From positions 14,554 through 78,553 of the forward strand of contig JABHEG010000296.1 in NCBI GenBank assembly GCA_018676675.1: a stretch of DNA of 64,000 nucleotides. The letters are read 5' to 3'. The position numbers and the translations under genes are program-made. The notes under the pieces were generated by a model, which worked only from the letters and a program-made list of their open reading frames with translations, had not been told where the DNA came from and did no database searches. This stretch comes from Lentisphaerota bacterium. Lineage in GTDB: Bacteria > Verrucomicrobiota > Lentisphaeria > Oligosphaerales > JABHEG01. Position 1 is the first letter of the stretch; every line of letters starts with the position of its first letter. Positions 9,943-17,342 of the stretch are shown piece by piece.

Positions 9943-10884
9943 TCAGTGGGTGTCCAGACCATGCAGCATCTGGACGGCGTGTTCCAGCGTGCTCAGAATC
10001 CCGTCAAGGTACTCGTCGACAGCCTTGACGCTTCCGGGGAGGGCGTAGATCAGCGTCTTGCCTTTCGTCCCAGCCACACTTCGACTCAACAGGGCATTGG
10101 GCGTCTTTGCCGCGCAGGTGAGACGAATATGCTCCATAACCCCGGGGATTGCTTTCTCGATGATGTCAGTCACAACATCCGGGGTCACGTCCCGCGGCCC
10201 AATCCCAGTTCCTCCGGTCGTGAAGATGACGTCCGCACCGTCAGATATGGCCTCCTCGATGGCTGTCTGGATCGCCGGGCGATCATCGGGTACGAGTCTT
10301 GGAGTGTTCACCAAGTGCCAGCGCGTCTCAGCAAAATGGGTCTCCAAACGGGTCCTGATGCGTGGGCCACTCCTATCCGCATACTCACCACGGCTGGCCC
10401 GGTCACTAACGGTGATGGTGCAGATTTTCAGTGGACGGGGACTGTGCACAAGGGGATCTCCAGGCCGCAGCGTTCCTCCCGAAAGGACTCGGGCGAAAAT
10501 GCCCGTTTTCGGCATGATGCAGGCCCCGACTTCCCGGAAGATGGCACAGGAATCGCCATGGCAGTGCTTGCCTATTTGGGTCACTTCGAGGACGACTGTG
10601 CCTGACTCCAGCCGGTCAAAGGGGGCCACATCTGCCAAGTCGATCCCCTGGGTGGTGATATTCTCGGCAAACTCGCCCGGATGAACGTTCCGTCCATGTT
10701 CAGCGGAAAATCCCTCGATGAGCTCATAGTCAAGTAAGCTCACCTGCCTGTGCCATGGGCCCGCATGGGCATCCCCGACGACTCCAGAAGCATCCAGCAC
10801 TATGGATGTCTCAGACGTTTTTGGTGTTCCGGTCTGCTCCGAGCGATTCACCGCCAGAACGTTGCCCTGCTGGCTGGTGATCAC
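9943..10884 (-). CDS. MOSC domain - MoaB/Mog molybdenum cofactor biosynthesis fusion protein
   Basis: MOSC-like N-terminal half (GDAHAGPWHRQVSLL...ENITTQGIDL...QIGKHCH). MoaB/Mog-like C-terminal half (TVSDRAS...DVIFTTGGTGIGPRDVTPD...LPGSVKA). Start reassigned to the GTG at 10884, which overlaps the upstream stop (GTGA). Confidence 0.8.
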   Translation of the reverse strand: MITSQQGNVLAVNRSEQTGTPKTSETSIVLDASGVVGDAHAGPWHRQVSLLDYELIEGFSAEHGRNVHPGEFAENITTQGIDLADVAPFDRLESGTVVLEVTQIGKHCHGDSCAIFREVGACIMPKTGIFARVLSGGTLRPGDPLVHSPRPLKICTITVSDRASRGEYADRSGPRIRTRLETHFAETRWHLVNTPRLVPDDRPAIQTAIEEAISDGADVIFTTGGTGIGPRDVTPDVVTDIIEKAIPGVMEHIRLTCAAKTPNALLSRSVAGTKGKTLIYALPGSVKAVDEYLDGILSTLEHAVQMLHGLDTH

Positions 10885-11495
10885 GCTTGAGGCTCCTCTT
10901 CCCTCCAGCGGAAACACACAAAAGCGCTGAGAAGACCTGCAACCAGCCCACAAATCAAATAGGTCACCATCGCCCGCGGAGCCCAAATCGCCATTCGCGC
11001 CGCGGGATGGTACCCGGGCTGGAGTCCCAGTTGCTTCGTGACAGCCCTGACAGCGAACGCAAGCGCGCTGCTGCCACAGGCCGCGACAATGCACGCGAAA
11101 TACACATGCGCGGGTCGTCGAGCCCAAGCGAGGGCGACATCGAGGAAAACGCCTGTTGCCGCCAGACTTGTCAGGGCACCGATCCCAATGGGCTTTACAG
11201 GACAGAAACAATTCAGGAAGGCACCAGTCCCCAGGGCCGACAAGCCGATCGCCGTCCCTGCGCCCTGTCGGCGGGAGATCGCTACTCCAGCCGCTGTGGG
11301 AAGCACTATGAAAAGGATGGAATGCCCTGGGAGATGCAGATGAGTCCGAACCAAACAGCGGACCAGTCCTGCACTGACCCCGAGACCACAGAGAAGCAAC
11401 ATCTCAGTCAGGCGAACTCGGTCAAGGCCATGGCCCAGCACACCGGTCAAACGGCTGGCAGAGCAAAGGGTCGCTTTTGTGGGAGAGAGAAACAT
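10881..11495 (-). CDS. hypothetical integral membrane protein
   Basis: 204 aa with about 5-6 hydrophobic helices. Its stop overlaps the start of the MOSC-MoaB gene. Family not recognised. Confidence 0.6.
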   Translation of the reverse strand: MFLSPTKATLCSASRLTGVLGHGLDRVRLTEMLLLCGLGVSAGLVRCLVRTHLHLPGHSILFIVLPTAAGVAISRRQGAGTAIGLSALGTGAFLNCFCPVKPIGIGALTSLAATGVFLDVALAWARRPAHVYFACIVAACGSSALAFAVRAVTKQLGLQPGYHPAARMAIWAPRAMVTYLICGLVAGLLSAFVCFRWREEEPQA

Positions 11496-11674
11496 GTTTA
11501 CATCTCACTTCCGTGGTGCATCAGGTGAAGACAGCGCCCCGGCTCATGGCGCCCTATCAATGCGGAAATATACGGGTTGGGAGGGATTCCGCAATGCTTC
11601 AGGGCACCCGCCGGAACGCGGACAGCCCGTGTCGCTCACGGGGGAAGGGCCAAGGAGGAAACGTGTCCCGTCGG

Positions 11675-12397
11675 CTATCTGCCTTTTCCACGCAACATGA
11701 CGAGCTCGGGAATGTCAACATTGCCAGATTGACGAGCCAGAAAGACAACAGATTCTGCCACATCTTCAGGCTCAAGCATGCGCTCCCCTACCAGCCGCTT
11801 TGCCAGATGCGTACCAGCGATCAGATCTGTTCGAACACCTCCCGGGCAGAGCGTATTCACACTCACTCCAAAGGGTTCCGCCTCAATGGCCAGGCAACGA
11901 GAGAGCCCCAGGAGAGCATGTTTGCTGACACAGTAGGCTGTCTGGTAGAGGTAGCCCTTCTTGCCGGCAGTGCTGCCGATGTTGATAATGCGCCCGCGTC
12001 CCCGCTTCGCCATGTGGGGAATAATCGCCTTGGCGAACAGGAAGGGGGCAGTTACATTTACTCTCAAAACATGTTCCCAGTCACTTACTTCCAGATCTTC
12101 CAGCTGGCTTTCAAGGAAGACTCCGGCATTATTGACGAGGAGGTCCACACCGCCAAGTTCCTGGACGCAGGCCTCGACAACTGTGCCAATGCGCTCTGGC
12201 TTGCAGATATCGCAGGGGAGGGGAACGGCGGCGCCTCCGGAGGCACTGATCTCGTCCGCTAGCGCGTCAAGCAGGTCGGTGGAACGGGCAACCAATCCGA
12301 CCCGCATACCGGCCGCCGAGAGAAGAAGAGCGATCGATCGCCCGATCCCACGACTGGCCCCGGTAACCAGCGCGCTCTGTCCTGCAAGCTCTTCCAT
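11675..12397 (-). CDS. short-chain dehydrogenase/reductase (SDR) family oxidoreductase
   Basis: TGASRGIGRSIA cofactor motif, NNAG, catalytic YCVSKHAL (YxxxK). GGAG SD. Confidence 0.9.
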   Translation of the reverse strand: MEELAGQSALVTGASRGIGRSIALLLSAAGMRVGLVARSTDLLDALADEISASGGAAVPLPCDICKPERIGTVVEACVQELGGVDLLVNNAGVFLESQLEDLEVSDWEHVLRVNVTAPFLFAKAIIPHMAKRGRGRIINIGSTAGKKGYLYQTAYCVSKHALLGLSRCLAIEAEPFGVSVNTLCPGGVRTDLIAGTHLAKRLVGERMLEPEDVAESVVFLARQSGNVDIPELVMLRGKGR

Positions 12398-12536
12398 CTG
12401 TGAACTCCGTTAGCGGTGGATCTGCTGCGCGCAAATGATCTGGGCAGGCGGTCTGTCTCAGGTGAATGGGGGGAGACCGGCGCCGAACAACACTCTCACA
12501 CGACGAACCAAGCGAGAGAAGCTACGCCATCAGGGG

Positions 12537-12593
12537 AAAAAAAGGCGCCCTGGCAAGTAGGGGAAGAGGGGGGGGGAGGAACTTGCCAGGGCG
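12537..12593 (-). terminator. intrinsic terminator-like hairpin (13-bp perfect stem, 21-nt C-rich loop, CC + T7) not downstream of any called gene
   Basis: Minus strand reads CGCCCTGGCAAGT-TCCTCCCCCCCCTCTTCCCCT-ACTTGCCAGGGCG-CC-TTTTTTT. The plus-strand orientation has no U-tail. Confidence 0.55.
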
Positions 12594-12628
12594 GGGAAAA
12601 CTAAAGCCGCCACACCCGTCTGGTGTGA

Positions 12629-12680
12629 TTGCATTCCTCTCTCATCTACCTTACTATAGGTCTGCTTTATAGCTTGTCTA
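12629..12680. promoter_or_regulatory. possible overlapping divergent sigma-70-type promoters (plus: uvrC; minus: leader or sRNA)
   Basis: Plus strand: TTGCAT (12629-34), 17-nt spacer, TACTAT (12652-57). Minus strand: TAGACA (12680-75), 16-nt spacer, TATAGT (12658-53). Pattern match only. Confidence 0.35.
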
Positions 12681-12729
12681 ACGAGGACAACAGCGTCTAC
12701 GGCGTTTTTTTTACCCACTCGCGTGCCCC

Positions 12730-14220
12730 ATGGTCCCATTCTCTCCTCAGGATGTTCCTTCTACCCCTGGAGTCTACGTTTTCAGGAACTCCAGCGGCGA
12801 TGTCATCTATGTGGGAAAGGCCAAGTCTCTACGGAAGCGGCTGTCGTCCTACTTCCAGCCGTCCCGGAAGCTCCGGGCGGATGCGAAACTACGCGCGTTG
12901 ATAAAGAGCATTGAAGCGTATGAGATTTTGCCGGTCAAATCTGAAGCCGAGGCACTGCTTCTCGAGTCTCGCCTGATCAAACAGTACCACCCGCGCTACA
13001 ACGTGGATTTGCGCGACGACAAACGTTTTCTCCACATCTGCCTTGACCTTGCCACAGCGTTTCCACGCCTCGAGTTGACCAGGCTCCGCAAAGAGGACGG
13101 GCGTCTCTACTTCGGGCCTTTCCCTCGGGCAGGCGCTCTGCGTGACACCGTCCACTTTCTGGCACACCATTTCGGCCTTCGTACGTGTCGACCGCGCGTT
13201 CCCGATGAAACGACCAAGGCCCACTGTCTGTCACGGGCAATAAAGGCGTGTTCGTGCCCCTGCTCGGGCGATGTAACCACGGACGAGTACAACTCACGGG
13301 TGCAGGCAACGATCGCTGTCCTTCAAGGAGAAACGGAAGGAGTGATAGAACACCTTGAGACCGAGATGATGCAGTTTGCCGCTCAGAAGCGTTTTGAGGA
13401 TGCGGCTCGCGTGAGGGACTCGATCGAGAATCTGAAGGGGGTTTGTGTACGCAATCAACGAACCTTCACCCGAACGGATCTGACCCAGCAACACCCCCCG
13501 CCACCTGATGGCATTGAGCCGCTGCGTGAAGCCCTCGGCTTGGCGGTTCCACCTGATGTCATTGAGTGTTTTGACATCTCAAACACTGGTGGACACCTCG
13601 CCGTAGGCAGTCTCGTGTGTTTCGAGGCCGGAAAACCGGCTCGCCGAAACTACCGCAGATACCGGATCAAATCACCGGAAGCGACTGACGACACCGCCAT
13701 GATGCGGGAAGTCGTGGCCAGGCACTTCACGCGTCGACGGGAAGAGGGCAGGGGACTCCCCGATCTGGTTGTGGTTGACGGAGGAAAGGGACAACTGTCA
13801 GCAGCGATCGAGGGGCTGGCCGCCGCCGAGATTGAGCCGATCCCCATCCTGGGCCTCGCAAAGAAGCAGGAAGAGATCTTCCTGCCCGGACAGTCAGTCC
13901 CGATCACGTTGCCCAGGCACCACCAGGGCCTTCACATTCTTCAGGCGATACGAGACGAAGCCCATCGCTTTGCGTTGGGATACCACCAGGCCCTGAGAAG
14001 GCGACGTATTGCCGATTCTGTGCTTGCCGAGATCCCTGGCGTCGGCCCCAATCGGCAGCGCGCGCTCCTCAAGCACTTCGGTTCTGTTCGCAGCCTCCGT
14101 CGAGCCTTGCCTCAGGCAATCGCCGACGCAGTGCCTGGCTTAGGACCAATCCTCGCCCAACAGATCTGCGACTTCCTGCACGACCGACGCCCCGGACATC
14201 CATCGCAAAAGTCCGTTTGA
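12730..14220 (+). CDS. uvrC: excinuclease ABC subunit C (compact form)
   Basis: GIY-YIG domain (PGVYVFRNSSGDVIYVGKAKSLRKRLSSYF), UVR motif (QKRFEDAARVRDSIENLK), endonuclease region (IECFDISNTGG...VDGGKGQL), HhH2 (IPGVGPNRQRALLKHFGS). Confidence 0.9.
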   Translation: MVPFSPQDVPSTPGVYVFRNSSGDVIYVGKAKSLRKRLSSYFQPSRKLRADAKLRALIKSIEAYEILPVKSEAEALLLESRLIKQYHPRYNVDLRDDKRFLHICLDLATAFPRLELTRLRKEDGRLYFGPFPRAGALRDTVHFLAHHFGLRTCRPRVPDETTKAHCLSRAIKACSCPCSGDVTTDEYNSRVQATIAVLQGETEGVIEHLETEMMQFAAQKRFEDAARVRDSIENLKGVCVRNQRTFTRTDLTQQHPPPPDGIEPLREALGLAVPPDVIECFDISNTGGHLAVGSLVCFEAGKPARRNYRRYRIKSPEATDDTAMMREVVARHFTRRREEGRGLPDLVVVDGGKGQLSAAIEGLAAAEIEPIPILGLAKKQEEIFLPGQSVPITLPRHHQGLHILQAIRDEAHRFALGYHQALRRRRIADSVLAEIPGVGPNRQRALLKHFGSVRSLRRALPQAIADAVPGLGPILAQQICDFLHDRRPGHPSQKSV

Positions 14221-14313
14221 TCTCCACGCTCGTCCTGCTATGTTACGGACTCGTTTTTTCTTGTTTTATACGGCCGAGGACAGTCGCCGATAGTACGGCA
14301 GGAGATCGCCTGA

Positions 14314-14733
14314 ATGAGTAAGAAAGCTGCTAAAAGTGTGTCGATTGAGAACGACCCACGCTACCAGACACTTGTGGACCTCCGGGAGCAGATGGCGGCC
14401 CAGATCAGGACCCTTTCGTCCACCTCTCTCAGCGCCAACAAGCAACCGGGAGAGGAGATGGCGGACGTCGGCAGTGACGACTTCCTTCGTGAAACCGAGT
14501 TGGCCGTGATGGACGGAGAAGCTCAGCGTCTGAATAAAATCGATGCTGCTCTGAAGCGCCTCAAAGAGGGCTCCTACGGCGTATGTACCGATTGTGGCAA
14601 AGATATCTCCGAAGGTCGTCTTGCGGCGAAACCTTATGCCGGGCTGTGCATCGACTGCAAGTCTGCCCAGGAAGCCGTCACAGGCGGGGCCATGCCCGAC
14701 CAATCACGGCGCCGGCGCCAATTTGTCCGATAG
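14314..14733 (+). CDS. DksA/TraR family C4-type zinc-finger protein
   Basis: AGGAGA SD. CTDCGKDISEGRLAAKPYAGLCIDC four-Cys finger preceded by a coiled-coil-like region. Confidence 0.85.
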   Translation: MSKKAAKSVSIENDPRYQTLVDLREQMAAQIRTLSSTSLSANKQPGEEMADVGSDDFLRETELAVMDGEAQRLNKIDAALKRLKEGSYGVCTDCGKDISEGRLAAKPYAGLCIDCKSAQEAVTGGAMPDQSRRRRQFVR

Positions 14734-14889
14734 CCATCGTTTTCGCCTAAAGTGTACGACGCGTCACTTGCCTGCTTTCCTCCTTCCCACACCGAAGGGA
14801 ATCCTCCGGGAGGAGTTAGCACATATTGCTCCGCACAGACTCACCATTCAGGTCGCCCAAAGAAGGCCATACTGGAAGTGTCCCATCGC

Positions 14890-15414
14890 ATGAGCAGCCT
14901 TCTACCGGGGAAACAGCGGCGTAATCTGCTGATCATCTGCGGAGTCATCTTTCTCCTGGATCAGCTCACCAAGCACCTCGTCATCTCAGCTTGGCCCATC
15001 GGCACACGCTATAGCCTTATTCCGGGATTTCTTGACCTTGTCCACTTCAGGAACTCAGGAGCCGCATGGGGCATTCTGCAAGGCCACTCACGCCTCCTTG
15101 GGGCGCTCTCCGTTGTCGTCCTCGGCCTTCTTGTCGTCTACTCAGACTATTTCACCGAGGGGCGCCGTGTTCGCGCCGTTGCTCTTGCATTGATCTGTGG
15201 TGGAATTGCCGGGAACCTGGTGGACCGCTTCCTCCGCGGCGAAGTCATCGACTTTATCTTCTTCTATTTCCGCCGATTCCAATGGCCCGCATTCAATGTC
15301 GCTGACAGCGGGATTACCTGTGGCGTGGTCATCTTCATTGCCTCATCTCTTCTTTTCCCCGGACCGCCTCCCGAGAGTACAACGCCTCAGGACGATGACA
15401 CGATCGCGACCTGA
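14890..15414 (+). CDS. lspA: lipoprotein signal peptidase II
   Basis: Internal ATG chosen. Motifs LDQLTK, NSGAAWG, GGIAGNLVDR and FNVADSGITCG. Confidence 0.9.
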   Translation: MSSLLPGKQRRNLLIICGVIFLLDQLTKHLVISAWPIGTRYSLIPGFLDLVHFRNSGAAWGILQGHSRLLGALSVVVLGLLVVYSDYFTEGRRVRAVALALICGGIAGNLVDRFLRGEVIDFIFFYFRRFQWPAFNVADSGITCGVVIFIASSLLFPGPPPESTTPQDDDTIAT

Positions 15415-15865
15415 CGCAGTGCTTCACTTCTGCTCACCTGCGCCGCGCTGCGAACTTCGACGCCGGCAAAGCTCCGGCCGCTCCTAGACTGCCGTTGCAG
15501 CCCGGAAGCTCACTGGTCAGGCGGATGCTGACGTTTCGACCCACACAGGCAACAGGTTATTAACACCTTCTTACCACGCATTCTATAACTACCTGAACTA
15601 CAGCGTCTTAACAAGTCAAAAGACATGCCAACAAGCAAGCATCGACTAGACATAACATATATTATGCGACGCTCGATATGAGCAGAGCGTCTCCGGGACG
15701 AGAGGATTGCCAATGCCCTCCTCGCAGGCTACCTTTCATAGGCTTTCGCAGTTTGGCCCTACATGGGGTCCTCCAACGAGATTCCTTGTGGGAATACCCC
15801 GCAAGAGAATTCGGAGGCAACGTCTGATACCGGGACTGACCGGAATCCAGGCAGCGGAAAGGTCT

Positions 15866-16303
15866 ATGCTGAAAATGTCTAACCATGACATGACCAATCT
15901 GCGTTCGGGTGCGGCTGCCGTATGTCCAGCATGTCGCGAGGAATCCCTCGCCAAGCGCACTAAGCGAATGGAGGGCTGGACCTGCGTGGGCGAGTACTTC
16001 GCCTGTGCCTTATGCGGCGCTCACTGGGCGGACGTAGAGCCCGACAAAGGAACATCGCATGAGAAGAGAGGCTCCGAACGCCTCGAGGCCCTGGCGGGGT
16101 TGCTTGGAGAGAGTGTGCCAGAAGCCCCGAAGCCCTTGACGCCCGGATGCGTGACCTTCTGCAAGGACTGCCTCCACTTCATGCGTCATCCTTTCCGGGA
16201 CCGCTGCCTCTTGCATGGGCGGGATACCGGCTCCATGGATGACTGCGCAAGCTTTGAGCGACGCCCCGTTGACCAGAACACTGGCGAGGAAGAGAAGAGT
16301 TGA
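15866..16303 (+). CDS. small Cys-rich (zinc-ribbon-like) hypothetical protein
   Basis: CPAC...CALC and CKDC...C...C clusters. GGAAAGG before the ATG at 15866. The stop overlaps the next start (ATGA). Start uncertain. Confidence 0.5.
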   Translation: MLKMSNHDMTNLRSGAAAVCPACREESLAKRTKRMEGWTCVGEYFACALCGAHWADVEPDKGTSHEKRGSERLEALAGLLGESVPEAPKPLTPGCVTFCKDCLHFMRHPFRDRCLLHGRDTGSMDDCASFERRPVDQNTGEEEKS

Positions 16304-17259
16304 TGATAATGAAGCAGCGTCTTCGACCTCTGTTGCGGAATCTGTGCGCTCTAGCGCTTCTTGCCGGCGGCGTAAGCTGCAAGACCATTGAGCCTGCACC
16401 TCTGATCCCACCGGAGCTGAGGTACCCAGTCGGCCCAAGCCCTGTCTTCCTGCTGACCTATTTTGCCTACGGCCCGTGCATGGAACGTGGTCTGGGTAAG
16501 CCGATACCGAATTACCGGAGTTGGACTGAGGAGCGAATGGAGCGAGACATCGACCGCTTTGGTTCCCTGGGGATTGATGTCATCCTGCTGTGCATGGACG
16601 TGGCAGATCTCACTGATGCCTTCAGACAGCAGCGAATCCAACGGTTCTTTACGTTGCTGGGGGAAACGCCTGAAAGCCCGAAAGCTGCTCTCCTCCTGCG
16701 TTCCGCGGCCGCGGAGAATTCCAAAATTCGAGATACGCTTTCGGAGGCCGTTCAGTGGCTTGTTACCTCAGGTGTCTGCGCGCAGCCCGGCTACTGGGCG
16801 AGAGGTGGCCGGGGAATCGTGGTCACAGGAGATGGCCTCGATGCAGGTACGGTCGGCCACCCTGCCCTGGCCTTGCTGGGGACGACCGGCCCGAGCGCGG
16901 CCTGGCATTGGCCACCGGCTTCAACAACGTTGCGAACTAGCTTGAGCCGCGACGGGACTCAAACGCGAATTACGGCTGGACTGCTGGGCTCCGGCAACAC
17001 AGGCGGTGGGGCAATTGGGGACCGAGGCTGGTCAGTCCCAAGGGCGGGGGGACGGTCGCTGCTTCAGGCCCTTTGGGGAGCCTTCGAACTCCAGGCACGT
17101 TGCGTATGTATCTCCAGCTGGAATGACTTCGCTAGAGGTGACTTCATTGAGCCGAACAGCCACGACCAAAGAGTGCTCTTTGACACGCTGCGCCGTGAAA
17201 TTGCGCGAGTACGCCTGCACTGTTCGGGGGCCAAGCCAACGGCCCTGCCCTTGCAGTAG
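16300..17259 (+). CDS. hypothetical secreted protein / possible lipoprotein
   Basis: Signal peptide ending LLAGGVSC (weak lipobox). Family not recognised. Confidence 0.6.
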   Translation: MMIMKQRLRPLLRNLCALALLAGGVSCKTIEPAPLIPPELRYPVGPSPVFLLTYFAYGPCMERGLGKPIPNYRSWTEERMERDIDRFGSLGIDVILLCMDVADLTDAFRQQRIQRFFTLLGETPESPKAALLLRSAAAENSKIRDTLSEAVQWLVTSGVCAQPGYWARGGRGIVVTGDGLDAGTVGHPALALLGTTGPSAAWHWPPASTTLRTSLSRDGTQTRITAGLLGSGNTGGGAIGDRGWSVPRAGGRSLLQALWGAFELQARCVCISSWNDFARGDFIEPNSHDQRVLFDTLRREIARVRLHCSGAKPTALPLQ

Positions 17260-17342
17260 CCCCGACTCGACCCCACAAGCTTGTGGCCCCCTGCCCTCTT
17301 CTTAGCACGTGCTGCCTGTTCTGATTCGCGTCGTGGAAGATA

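Noticed and set aside
9943-11211. 422-aa version of the MOSC-MoaB ORF
   Set aside because: The first 109 codons overlap the membrane-protein gene in another frame and translate to Cys/Arg-rich junk. The GTG at 10884 overlapping the upstream stop is the sensible start.
11496-11674. Possible Moco riboswitch upstream of the membrane/MOSC-MoaB pair
   Set aside because: Several hairpins are present, one with a C-rich loop, but I cannot reproduce the Moco motif from memory well enough to claim it, and no terminator follows. Left as a check under the MOSC finding.
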